The notes beneath the pieces were generated by a model. The model was not told where the DNA came from. It worked only from the letters and a program-made list of their open reading frames with translations, and searched no databases. The position numbers and the translations under genes were made by a program. DNA of 64,000 nt from Phoronis australis (taxonomy: Eukaryota; Animalia; Phoronida), in the NCBI GenBank assembly GCA_002633005.1, contig NMRA01000323.1, positions 443,997-507,996 on the forward strand. The letters are read 5' to 3'. Positions 12,501 through 22,700 of the stretch are shown piece by piece; position 1 is the stretch's first letter, and each line of letters opens with the position of its first letter.

Positions 12501-15040
12501 CATGGGATGGGCAGCTTTTGAGAAATTCGCTGCAATTGCAATTAAGTATTTCTCCACATCAAACACACACACAACTCACCGGCTTGCCTCACAAGTAATT
12601 CAACTTGATTCGAGCAGACAATCTGTAGCAGGAGGGGTGCAAAGCCAATGATCTTGTGCAACTGTAAAAGGGAGTAGACCCTCAAGTGAAGGTTAGGTTG
12701 CGCAAACCTAAAAAATAGCTTGACTGACAAGTCTCGACACTTCTGCAGTGCAGTGTAGGTAATTATAGCCACTATTCAAACAATTTGCAATTTTTTAGTG
12801 CTCTTACTTCTTAAAGGGGTAATAACCCCGCGTTCTAGCGAAGAAACTAAATTATCATTTAGACCATTTACCGCTATAAAATTAGCCTCATTAGTTCGTT
12901 ATTCATAGAGACCGTACTCTGCGAAATAGCACACTGTTAACAACAACCTGGCAGTTCTGTCCAAGGCCAAAACTCACACCTATTTCAACTCAGGAACAAT
13001 CTGAGACCTATTTCATAACAGAAAGCAGTCTAAGTAAAAAGTAGCGTTGGAGGGCAAGTTTAACTACCTAGCCGATGAGGTTTTATCAAGATGNGCAGCT
13101 TTTGAGAAATTCGCTGCAATTGCAATTAAGTATTTTTCCACATCAAACACACACACAACTCACCGGCTTGCCTCACAAGTAATTCAACTTGATTCGAGCA
13201 GACAATCTGTAGCAGGAGGGGTGCAAAGCCAATGATCTTGTGCAACTGTAAAAGAGAGTAGACCCTCAAGTGAAGGTTAGGTTGCGCAAACCTAAAAAAT
13301 AGCTTGACTGACAAGTCTCGACACTTCTGCAGTGCAGTGTAGGTAATTATAGCCACTATTCAAACAATTTGCAATTTTTTAGTGCTCTTACTTCTTAAAG
13401 GGGTAATAACCCCGCGTTCTAGCGAAGAAACTAAATTATCATTTAGACCATTTACCGCTATAAAATTAGCCTCATTAGTTCGTTATTCATAGAGACCGTA
13501 CTCTGCGAAATAGCACACTGTTAACAACAACCTGGCAGTTCTGTCCAAGGCCAAAACTCACACCTATTTCAACTCAGGAACAATCTGAGACCTATTTCAT
13601 AACAGAAAGCAGTCTAAGTAAAAAGTAGCGTTGGAGGGCAAGTTTAACTACCTAGCCGATGAGGTTTTATCAAGATGTCAGACGTGCATAGCTGGAACAG
13701 TGACGGAATCAGACTGTTAAGATACTAGATAATATATAGCAAGTCCAAAATATGGTCAGATTGTGATAAGATGATGGTCATTGTCTCCAGTTAGTCCCAG
13801 CGCAGTTGACGGCACTTCCAATACCCCTTAACGCTGGAAGCTTTTTACGTAAATTATGTTTCACCCTTGCTAAACCATCAGAGTTGCCTTGTTTCATACT
13901 AAGGCTCTTCCAAAGCCAGATTTCCCCTCTAAAAATATTTAAAATCCTTTGAATCTGCCTTCATCAGGCTCAAAAATTCCCTTTCCATGATAAATTTCGC
14001 CTCAACTTTAGAATCGCTTTTAATTCACACAGAACCTCCACTTAAAAAGGGTTCAGCTAGCATGAAAATTCTCTTTTTACAATTTCCAGCCAACATATCA
14101 GGTCTGACTCCAAACACAACTAAAAGTTCATCCTTATTTCAAAATCTGATATTCTGGAAGATTTCCAGGAACGTAAAACCAGAGAAATTCCCAATGTAAT
14201 CCTTCCATTTTGAATAATATTTGCGGCAATCACAATTTCTTTCCAAAAAGTTTAATTAACCACAAATTACATAATTAGTTTAGCGATTTTCTAATTCTGA
14301 CTTCTGGGATAACAATATCTACAACCCAGAATTCTTCACTCCATTCCAGAAGTGTTCAAATGCAGGGCATCAGAAGTACTCTGTCCCTAATGTTGCTGCT
14401 TGTTTTAGTTCATGCAAGCATTCTCGAGATGTTTAGAGCAGCCTAATGAGCATGCCTGTTGAATGATGTGAATGGTCCAGGCCCGATGAGACACCTTTGC
14501 CATCAATGTACTTGAAGAACTTGCTACAATCGCAGAAAAAAGGTCTCCATTTAAATTTTTCTCAGATTGACATTTGTTTGCGCTGTTCCAGAAGTGCCTG
14601 ATGGACAACCATATTGGATGGCATCATAGCAGTTGTATAACCCACTCTTTATTATAGTATCGTGTTAATTACGCGGCTGACAAGCGGGCCTGTGGCTGTG
14701 GTGAGTTATACGAAGACCCGGAAAGAAACGAATATTCACGATTTATATTCAACAATTATGATGAGGAAAACTAGTGATTTCCGGGACGCACAAAAAAACA
14801 GCCGCTCCCATTCCTTAAAACATCGCCTTATAACATTTTAATCATAATTTTGTGTACTTCTAAAGCGGTGCTACAGGGTTAACAGACTACACGCCAAACA
14901 TGCTTCGCATGCCACTTCGGCATGGACAATATGGCTGACGAACACGTTTTCCGAACCTCATTTAGTTTTTTCTCGGCTTCCACGCGATCATCAGGATTCA
15001 GCGTTCCTTTAAGAATTGTGACGATCGAATTGGCATCCAT
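500..15040 (-). CDS. IPO7: Importin-7 (Ran-binding protein 7 / IPO7-IPO8 family), 5' part; gene continues beyond the left edge
   Basis: Manual splice of 12 GT-AG exons in consistent phase: 15040-14957, 12661-12580 (or duplicate 13245-13164), 11351-11195, 10939-10781, 9285-9129, 8133-8044, 6824-6730, 5782-5712, 4351-4249, 3302-3157, 1363-1170, 589-500. Peptides such as [89 protein letters not shown] match importin-7 as recalled. Confidence 0.96.
915..1062. repeat. Dispersed repeat, also at about 7395-7552
   Basis: Shared GTGTTGTTTG..GGGTAAAATGGCGGC..GAAGGTGTG..AGCTGTCACTCAAAATC. Confidence 0.75.
1170..1363 (-). CDS. IPO7: Importin-7 exon 11 ([14 protein letters not shown]...GSIGDILIK)
   Basis: cctcAG / GTAGTG boundaries, 194 nt. 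Confidence 0.95.
1960..2105. repeat. Dispersed repeat, also at about 60228-60378
   Basis: Shared CCAGA.GG.GATCAGGTCTTTG, CCCATGTAATGC, GGAGGTTTCAA, TAACACCTTT. Confidence 0.7.
3157..3302 (-). CDS. IPO7: Importin-7 exon 10 ([15 protein letters not shown]...[10 protein letters not shown])
   Basis: tttcAG / GTGAGT boundaries, 146 nt. Confidence 0.95.
3960..4192. mobile_element. CAGGGCTTGG-family MITE (hAT-like), copy 1
   Basis: Colinear with 8610-8799; decayed right end. Confidence 0.7.
4249..4351 (-). CDS. IPO7: Importin-7 exon 9 ([33 protein letters not shown])
   Basis: tttcAG / GTAAGT boundaries, 103 nt. Confidence 0.93.
5047..5273 (-). mobile_element. tRNA-derived SINE, copy 1
   Basis: Minus-strand head with A box (TGGCCTAGTGG) and B-box-like GTTTGAGT; colinear with 24995-25220. 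Confidence 0.75.
5712..5782 (-). CDS. IPO7: Importin-7 exon 8 ([23 protein letters not shown])
   Basis: ttgcAG / GTAAGG boundaries, 71 nt. Confidence 0.93.
6057..6151 (-). ncRNA. Candidate intronic box C/D-like RNA (unverified)
   Basis: GGGGA-ATGATGA ... CTGA-CCTC with a 4-bp terminal stem, 95 nt, sense to importin-7. Confidence 0.3.
6730..6824 (-). CDS. IPO7: Importin-7 exon 7 ([32 protein letters not shown])
   Basis: tttcAG / GTGATT boundaries, 95 nt; highly conserved PWWKxKKWA motif. Confidence 0.95.
8044..8133 (-). CDS. IPO7: Importin-7 exon 6 ([30 protein letters not shown])
   Basis: tttcAG / GTAATT boundaries, 90 nt, phase 0-0; not in the ORF track, found by manual translation. Confidence 0.88.
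8610..8799. mobile_element. CAGGGCTTGG-family MITE, copy 2
   Basis: CAAGGCTTGG ... CCAAGCCCTT with TGGTGC 6-bp TSD. Confidence 0.78.
9129..9285 (-). CDS. IPO7: Importin-7 exon 5 ([15 protein letters not shown]...KCFYALTQ)
   Basis: ttgtAG / GTAACG boundaries, 157 nt; within ORF 9120..9371. Confidence 0.93.
10054..10540. mobile_element. CAGGGCTTGG-family MITE, copy 3
   Basis: Perfect TIR CAGGGCTTGGAAT / ATTCCAAGCCCTG; flanks CTCTAT/CTCAAT. Confidence 0.82.
10781..10939 (-). CDS. IPO7: Importin-7 exon 4 ([19 protein letters not shown]...LIKNYE)
   Basis: ttgcAG / GTGGGT boundaries, 159 nt; within ORF 10732..11073. Confidence 0.93.
10930..11070. repeat. Three tandem 47-48-bp units spanning the importin-7 exon 4 acceptor
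   Basis: CTGCA[C/T]ACTGCAAGGGG..A.AACTC repeated three times. Confidence 0.85.
11195..11351 (-). CDS. IPO7: Importin-7 exon 3 ([16 protein letters not shown]...[15 protein letters not shown])
   Basis: tttcAG / GTAAGC boundaries, 157 nt, phase 1-2. Confidence 0.93.
11703..11830 (-). ncRNA. Candidate intronic box C/D-like RNA (unverified)
   Basis: ATGATGA (11826-11820) ... CTGA (11710-11707); shares internal motifs with the 6057-6151 candidate. Confidence 0.25.
12580..12661 (-). CDS. IPO7: Importin-7 exon 2, copy A ([28 protein letters not shown])
   Basis: tttacAG acceptor, GTGAGT donor, 82 nt, phase 0-1. Confidence 0.8.
13164..13245 (-). CDS. IPO7: Importin-7 exon 2, copy B (identical; probably assembly duplicate)
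   Basis: Same exon 584 nt away, inside a near-identical tandem duplication separated by a single n. Confidence 0.6.
14957..15040 (-). CDS. IPO7: Importin-7 coding exon 1 ([28 protein letters not shown])
   Basis: ATG at 15040, 84 nt, followed by GT donor; resembles the importin-7 N-terminus. Confidence 0.92.
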
Positions 15041-15147
15041 TGTCCACAAAAACTGTTTACTGTTTCAGTCAACTTTGCCTTTTATCCAACTTCTTCACCG
15101 ACCCCAAGTCATCAGACATCGGCCTCTCGCGCCAAATGAACCGGTAT

Positions 15148-15159
15148 TGCGCATGTGCG
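15148..15159. promoter_or_regulatory. NRF1-like motif in the importin-7 promoter region
   Basis: TGCGCATGTGCG about 110 nt upstream of the ATG; near-match to the GCGCATGCGC palindrome common in housekeeping promoters. Confidence 0.4.
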
Positions 15160-16560
15160 AGCTTTACACTTGTCGCACTGTGACTCATGAAACAACACCA
15201 ACACCACAAGTAGGAGCCCGTGTGCCTTATATGTGTCGGGTCGGAGCGTTATACACTGTAGATCTCTGACGTGAACCCAATTAACTATATATATCTAATT
15301 GGGTGAACCAATGCTCCGTTCAAAACATTTTATTAACAATGTAATCAAAGATTTTTTATTCGTAAAAATAGATGTTTTTGCAGGGAAATGAGCGTTGCCG
15401 CGGCGGCACCAACTAACAAAAAGATTACAGTGTCGAGGAAATGACAAACAATGAGTTATGTAATATTATATCTCATTGGGCGAACCAATGCTCCGCTTAA
15501 AATATTCCATTGGGATAGTGATAAAAAATGTTTCATTCTCAAAAAGCCAAATGTTTTTACAGGAAAATGAGCGACGTACCAAACAAAAAGATGCCAATGA
15601 GAAAAAAACAGAACATTTTTTAATGTTGTACTAGGCCTACTAGCCTAGGTCAGACTCGTATTTCAGACCTCAGTAGGCCTATCCGACTGAGATCGCGGAG
15701 TCTCGGAGGGGCATCACCGGGTGAGCGGCAGCAGTGGGGCCGTATAGATGTAACACCCGGAAGCGCGCGGGGCNCACTGCGGGCATCAATCGTAGGCAAC
15801 TGCCTTTGATAGGCCTGGAACCGAGGGAGGCAATCAAAGAAAGGAAAGGCAAAAATATGGAGAATAGAGAAAATTACAGTCATGAGTCACTTTGCTTGAC
15901 TTTTTCGCAGCATGGATTAATTCTCGTGACTCCACTGAGTGACTAAAACTCGGCAATCTGTGTATTCGAAAAAGTGAAGGAAATTTGTCAGGGCTACAAC
16001 TTTTGCAGATCATCGTGTACCGAATCCAAGGGACTTCCTGCCCCAAGACAGTTTTAGGGAATGCGAAAGTGCATTCAGTCTTCAGAGACACCCTGGCAAG
16101 ACTAGAGGTGTCATTAATTTTCACGGCTTTTTTCGTATTTTGTTGATCACTTCGGATCAGTGACAGTATGGATAACAAATTGCTGCTACTCAGTGATGCT
16201 GGCACTCGTTTTTGGAAATTATATAGATCATTTTAACATCTTCACAATAAGGCCCACAAATGGTATAAGAGCTAGGTTGCCAATATTTGGCGAAAGTCGC
16301 GTGTCGAAAATGAAAGCGGTGTACACACTAGGTCAATTTCATTTCTTAAATCGTTTTGACAGATCTCGATTTTTCGTAAAATATTACTGTCTTATTCGTC
16401 GATAAAATGCTTTCCGTGGGAGGTAACTACCAAACTGGAGTGCGAAGACTCCATAAAATGTGTATGATTACACACTTGATTCTACTGGAGTGCAAACATT
16501 AAGAAATTTCCACTATCGTGATCTAATCTCGAATCACGCTCGATTACTCAATGACTACAG

Positions 16561-17175
16561 CAGTGGCGGACCTAGGATATCACAAGGGGGGGGGGCCCAA
16601 CATTTTGTCCGGCTGGAAGCATTTGCGCAAACTGAAGCACGATTGTAGATGCGCATAGGGGTTTGCCCCCCTCCCGCCTAGGAAATTTTTCTGTTTTTAC
16701 CTCTTAAAATCAAGCATTTTCCTTGATTCCTGAAGTATTATCCAAGAAAAAAAGACAAAAAAAAAAGAAAAAACACGGAGAACGTATCAAACAGGAAAAA
16801 AGTGCAGGACCATCAAAGACTCGAATTCACGACCTGGCGCTTAGAGCACACGTACGTTACCACTACACCACCACGATTTAATTACAACTATCACACTAAA
16901 AGACTTACTTGTTTATGGGCCACAGCGTTTGCGCGCGAAACCTACTTCTTTTTGTAATGCTTATTACACGTTTTATATTTTGTGCCATCAATTCTTAACA
17001 AATTTGTCGTATTTGAAATAGTCTTCAAATGCCCAAAAGACCAAATCCATTTTTCGAGTTGGCAATAATGACGGGATTGCTTTGGAAACCTCTTAAGATA
17101 AGGTTTGACAAAGAGGGTATTGCGAGTTTCTGAGTGATTCAATAAGGCTTCTGGGCCCCCCTAAATCCGCCTATG
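16561..17175. mobile_element. MITE of CAGTGGCGGAT family (hAT-like, 5-bp TSD)
   Basis: Termini CAGTGGCGGACCTAGG ... CCTAAATCCGCCTATG; TACAG duplicated on both sides. Confidence 0.85.
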
Positions 17176-17196
17176 TACAGTAAAGCACTGTGGTTA

Positions 17197-17441
17197 CAAT
17201 GACGGATCTAGGATACGATAAGGGGGGCCCGAGATGTTGCCTTGGGAAATTGGGGGCAAATCGCGACTGTATGTGCACAGGCGGCCCGAAAGTTACAGGG
17301 GTATGAGGACCTTCTGTTCAGAAAATCTATCGGTGGACTAAAATAAAACGGGAATACGATTCTGCCGTGGTCTGGGGTCTGACACCCCCATCCCCCTCAT
17401 CCGCTGCCGGTCCTATCTTAGTTAGTGCAGTTCAATATTTC
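17197..17441. mobile_element. CAGTGGCGGAT-family MITE, cut by gap
   Basis: Begins CAATGACGGATCTAGGATAC; internal sequence similar to 43867-44166 and 63036-63335. Confidence 0.75.
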
Positions 17442-17793
17442 NNNNNNNNNNNNNNNNNNNNNNNNNNNNNNNNNNNNNNNNNNNNNNNNNNNNNNNNNNN
17501 NNNNNNNNNNNNNNNNNNNNNNNNNNNNNNNNNNNNNNNNNNNNNNNNNNNNNNNNNNNNNNNNNNNNNNNNNNNNNNNNNNNNNNNNNNNNNNNNNNNN
17601 NNNNNNNNNNNNNNNNNNNNNNNNNNNNNNNNNNNNNNNNNNNNNNNNNNNNNNNNNNNNNNNNNNNNNNNNNNNNNNNNNNNNNNNNNNNNNNNNNNNN
17701 NNNNNNNNNNNNNNNNNNNNNNNNNNNNNNNNNNNNNNNNNNNNNNNNNNNNNNNNNNNNNNNNNNNNNNNNNNNNNNNNNNNNNNNNNNNNN
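17442..17793. other. Assembly gap (352 N)
   Basis: Run of n; single n also at 13094, 15774, 20096, 48742, 56004, 59358. Confidence 0.99.
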
Positions 17794-17981
17794 GGAATCA
17801 AGGAAAATGCTTGATTTTTAGAGGTAAAAACAGAAAAAATTCCTGAGCGGGAGGGGGCCCCCCTCCCGACCTCCCCCCATTCGGTGCTATGCGCATCTAC
17901 AATCGTGGTTCAGTTTGCGCAAATGCTTCCAGCCGGACAAAATGTTGGCCCCCCCCTTGTCATATCCTAGATCCGCCACTG
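17794..17981 (-). mobile_element. CAGTGGCGGAT-family MITE end, inverted near-copy of 16561-16730
   Basis: Reverse complement closely matches 16561-16730; ends CCTAGATCCGCCACTG. Confidence 0.8.
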
Positions 17982-20900
17982 AATGACAGCACTTAAGTTA
18001 TTGCTTATTCACCCGCTAGTTTCCAAATGATCAGAAATTTCAATTCCTTGTTCGGATAGTGCACATTCTGAGATTACCTACTAGCATCTAGTACTTTTAT
18101 TAGTAATAAAGGATATCAAACCCGATGTTGTCCTATTAACAGATATTAAAAAGATATTCCCATCCAATTCCCTGAAACAAAATAATGTTGTTTTACCCTC
18201 GACAACCCTCAAAGGTTTGGAGGAAAACTTGAGAATTCCTTTCGAAGTCTACAAAACGGGCAAGTGTGACCAACGCTTTTAGCGATTGCAAGGTCATCGA
18301 CGAGAAAGACCACCCACCAAGAATCATAACACCCAATCTGTGACATACCTATAGGGAGTATTACATTTTTAGTTGAAATGTTTTCATGGTTCAAGCCATG
18401 GGTCCAATCACGCATTTACTGGTAACAGAACGAGGACTGTCTGAATTCATCTTAACAGGGTTTAGTATCCCTTTAAATGTCTTTACCAACACTGTTTGAA
18501 CTGTTTAACTGGAACTTGGATTGGAAAGGAAACTCCAAGAGAAACTACAACAGGACTACCTTACAATATAAAACTGTACACTTTATTAAATTCTTAACAG
18601 CTAACAACACTAGAGCACTGACATGTGTAGGCAAGCAAAATAGTCAAATCCACTACCCATTTCACCACAAATGCAAAACAGTTCAGAACGCATGCCCTGT
18701 ATATTAAGTACCAAATTGCATAATCAACACATTGGAAAATACTGATGCAGTAGTATTGCTCCATGCATAGAACCCTACGACCATCCAACAAGTTTCACAT
18801 CTTAAAGGACATCAAGGACACACAGTCTAACAGGAATGGTGTCGAAACTGGAGGTGATTTCCCTTCAAAAAGGGATAACCTCGAATGAAGTGATTTCCCA
18901 TAGTAAGTTACCCCGGAATGCTCGGACCTCGCCGATTTTAACATTCGCAGAATAATGTCAAATGGCAACAGGTGAAAAGTGGACCAGCAACAAGCCTGTG
19001 GTAAAATCACATACATTAGTTGTGTTATGAGAAACACAGGCAGTGTGAAATCAATACAAAGTGTGAAAATGGAAAAAGCAATGAGGAGTTAATACTTGCT
19101 TATTTTGCATTTAGCTATAAGTAGCTTTGCATTTCTAACTGTAGCACCTAGTGAATAGAATACACTGTAGCGAGAACAAAACCTGACAAAAATATGCATC
19201 CAGAATACAAAGCAATGAACATACAGTACAGTACAAAAGTAATCAGAAAAAATACTGTTTCCAGCCATAACAGCCAAATCTGTCAACAGCAAAAATACTA
19301 GTTATAACTATTAGGGCAGCATAATAGTAATTACAGAGTGGCTTAGCCACGTTACTAAGTCTCCTGTTCATTCCCCTTCAGTCTCGGTCATCAGGGGAGA
19401 CTACTCTGACTATGAATTCGACTTCTACCAAGCCTTCGTGACGTGGAACGTGGAATTCCATGTTATTTCATCTGAATACTTATGGCTTCTACTGTATACA
19501 CCATTCAAATACTCAGGGTAAAAAAAATCTCAACACTTCCGACACTGTGACGGAATTTGCAAGGTAATCTGAAGCAAATACCCAACAGCTCCCTGTACTA
19601 TCAGGTAAGCAGTGACTTTCTTTGTCTCACCCTGGAAGCAGTCAATATTTGTACACAAAGCTGTACTTAAATCACCTATTACAAAAGTGTCACCTAGCTA
19701 GATTTAACAGGTTACTCAATGCCAACCACTGCAGACATACTTGTGAATATAGATTACATTACCAAGACACAAACCCCTCTCTAAGATCCGGTCTTGGCTA
19801 ACCAATCCAATACACTGAGGTATGATCCACGTAAAAAATTACCAAATGGACCTAACATACAAGTAGGTCAAATTTTACCAGTCCTATGACCACCAATCTA
19901 CTTGTGAATCAATCTGAAGGTTGACCAATCACACAACATGAAATTTACTCGTTGCAGCACACTATTTATTAATTTTTTCGAAATCCGGTCCGGGAATGAA
20001 TTTCCTTTTTGAAAAAAAAACATCCAATAGAGTGACAGATAACATTGTGAACCTTCAGTAACACACCACCAATAAAGAAACGAGTACCCCCCCCCNGGAA
20101 CATAACCCTCCCAACTTTTTGTCACCACACTTTCACCTACTTCACAAAATAGACAAACTTGTAACTACTTAACAAATTCCACAAATTCCACTACATTTAC
20201 GTCTTCTGACCCAGCAACAACATAACAATGAGGCTGAGTTTAAACACTAAGCTAGTTCACATTAATTGTTTTGCCTTGATAATTTCTTATTAAAGCTGTT
20301 AGACTAGGCTAAAATTTATATGGAATAAAATTATTAAGAAACCATACAAGTACTACATGCCAAACATATTGCATCCGATGAAAATCATATTTAAACTTCA
20401 CAGCAACAAACCCTTTTACAATTCCTAAACCGCAAAGCCAATGCAAAAGGTTAATTTTTGGCCCAACACCAGGCAATAAGCTGGATAGCAAAACTAATTT
20501 TAATCTGATACATTCGCAGCGCAATCAGAGAAGAACAAATAAGATGGGATAAAACTAAAATACTTTTTTAGGTAAATAAATGACATTCTTATTACTTTAA
20601 GTAACGTTTAAAGTTAAATTGAGTGGTAAACCAGAAGGGCAAAAATGGCTAACTTTAAACTGAGATAAAATAAGCATAAAATCCCACAATGACCCAGCAG
20701 CTCCATTCCAAACACAGCACAATAACAAGCACTTGCCTCGTTATCAACAATACCTTGCTTGAAAGGAGGTGTCCCACGGCAATAATCCTATTCCTAAATC
20801 AGCACTCAATGTAACTTTAAACACACATCCTGTAATTAAAACCTTCTTATCTTCACCAATGACTTAGAGACCTCAAATCATGAACACAAGAGGTGATGCG

Positions 20901-21174
20901 ATATAGGGGCAGCACAGAGCATTAATAAATAAAATATACTATAAAATCTGGTAACAGTAAATTTTCTATCAAACACTACACACAATATAAAACAACATAC
21001 TAAGCCTCAAATAAAAAACCTAATCAAAACAACACAACGATAAAATTCTCAGCAACATATTTGGTCCATTTGATTATCAGCAAAGCAATTACCACTGGAA
21101 TGGAACAAGGGAACTGTTGAAATCCTGAGAACTTTCGTAAGGATAGAGCGTTAAATTTCAAGCAGACTGAAGTA

Positions 21175-21565
21175 TCAGGCCTTTGCCTCGACCGCTTCAC
21201 TGCCTGTTTTGGCCACCCAATGAAAACGGTCAGTATTTGGAGTGAATTTCCTTTGAGGGTGGAATTGCTTAGCTCTGTGATGTGTGTTTTGGCGTGACTT
21301 GACATACTTTGGCCAATATGTTGGTGAATGGTGTTTGCTTTTTGTTGAATACTCAAAGTTGCTGCTATCATTGCCACAAGAATTACTGCTACTACTACTG
21401 CAACTATCAGAGGGAGACTTGGTTCGCAGACGGCTCATTAACTTGTTGCGGGCTTCATTCTGTTTCTTGATGAGGCTGTCGATGTTGATGGAGTTGGCGT
21501 TGTTTTCTGCAACCTCTTTATTGAAACTGGCTATTGAAAAGTGAGAGCCAATCGTCTCACCAAAC
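21175..21565 (-). CDS. BTG3/4-like coding exon 2 (FGETIGSHFSIA...DRFHWVAKTGSEAVEAKA*)
   Basis: tttctAG acceptor, reads in frame into ORF 21175..21438, TGA stop. Confidence 0.92.
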
Positions 21566-22248
21566 CTAGAAAACCGAAGAATGAATACGGTACTAAACTG
21601 TAGTTCAAAAATGGCTTACCAGACATCGCTGTCCCAAATAATCTGAATTTGATTTCATGACGTTGAATAAGGAAAAAGTTGGAGACAAGGTTCATAATGA
21701 AAAGTGGTCTCAGTCAAAATTTGTTTCTTTGAAAGGTGATTCTATAGCTGATTGAATAGTAATTACTCCACAAAAATGAATTCATCTCAATTCTTATAGA
21801 TATCAACACAAATCAAGAATCATCGAAAAAACACCCTGTATAAAGTTTGTTGCTGAAAATAACACTCGTCAATAGATCGAAAAGAGTTACTTAAGGTTTT
21901 GGTATCAGTTTCATGAAATAACTTCCAGCTCACTAACCTGCACGTGACCTCTAAGGGGTCAACCCATAGTGTCAACTCAACTGGCAGTCTTAGGTCACCA
22001 TACTTCATACCAGAGTCTATGGCAGCTTGTTCCAACATCGGGTCAATAGAGTCATTTTCATTAACGCGAATGCATCGGTAACCTTGACCCTTCATTGGCT
22101 CGTTTTCATACCAGTGATTTTTGTACTTTTCCAACATGAGTAAGGACAGTTTGTCTGAAAACTTTTTGATTTGCTCGGATGTCATGTCGGTCTGACCCTT
22201 GACAAGTCGGGTTATAAACACAACTGCTGCAGCGATTTCCTCTCGCAT
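21175..22248 (-). CDS. BTG/Tob (APRO) family anti-proliferative protein, BTG3/BTG4-like, about 233 aa, 2 coding exons
   Basis: Exons 22248-21938 and 21565-21175 join in phase 2. MREEIAAAVVFITRLV, box A (KYKNHWY..PMKGQGYRCIRVN), box B (LPVELTLWVDPLEVTCRFGE) and a C-terminal DRFHWV motif typical of the BTG3/BTG4 subgroup. Confidence 0.95.
21938..22248 (-). CDS. BTG3/4-like coding exon 1 (APRO domain)
   Basis: ATG at 22248; acceptor ctacAG before 22287; donor GTTAGT after 21938. Confidence 0.94.
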
Positions 22249-22609
22249 TTTGACACAATGGCTGGCGTTCCAGAATGATCCAAGATCCTGTAGAGAGAAA
22301 AGGTACTCTTCAATTATACTGTACTCAGTTTTCAAAAGGTAGGGACAGGAGTCCAACAAGTGTATAACAATCACCTGGTCTGTATCGGTAGTTGCTGGAC
22401 CCGAGTTCGGCGAATGATATGGCTAATTTAGTAAAATGGAAATTAATCCAATTTTTTTTGTATGTTACTAGTAATCATCGAAATGGATCATTAGTTTTGA
22501 TCCTGGTACACAAAAATCTGCAAACTGGTAAGTAATTGTATTATCTATCAACACGAATCACAGATCAGATTTTTTTCAGGCACTTTGCTTTAAGGTTACA
22601 TAGAACTCT

Positions 22610-22700
22610 CGAAAAATGGCCAACTTTGGCAAACTTCGGAATATTACATCTCACAAATGGCTGATCGGATTCATACGAAACTTTCAGATCAATGCTTTAT
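22610..22700. repeat. Dispersed repeat, also at about 42100-42190
   Basis: Shared AAAATG.CCAA.TTTGGC...GGCTGAT.GGATTC.TACGAAAC. Confidence 0.65.

Larger units (their letters stand above)
12511..13677. repeat. 583-bp near-identical tandem duplication around a single n (likely assembly artefact)
   Basis: 12511-13093 and 13095-13677; only a couple of substitutions seen. Confidence 0.9.

Noticed and set aside
17367-17846. Long ORFs of X residues
   Set aside because: Artefacts of translating the N gap.
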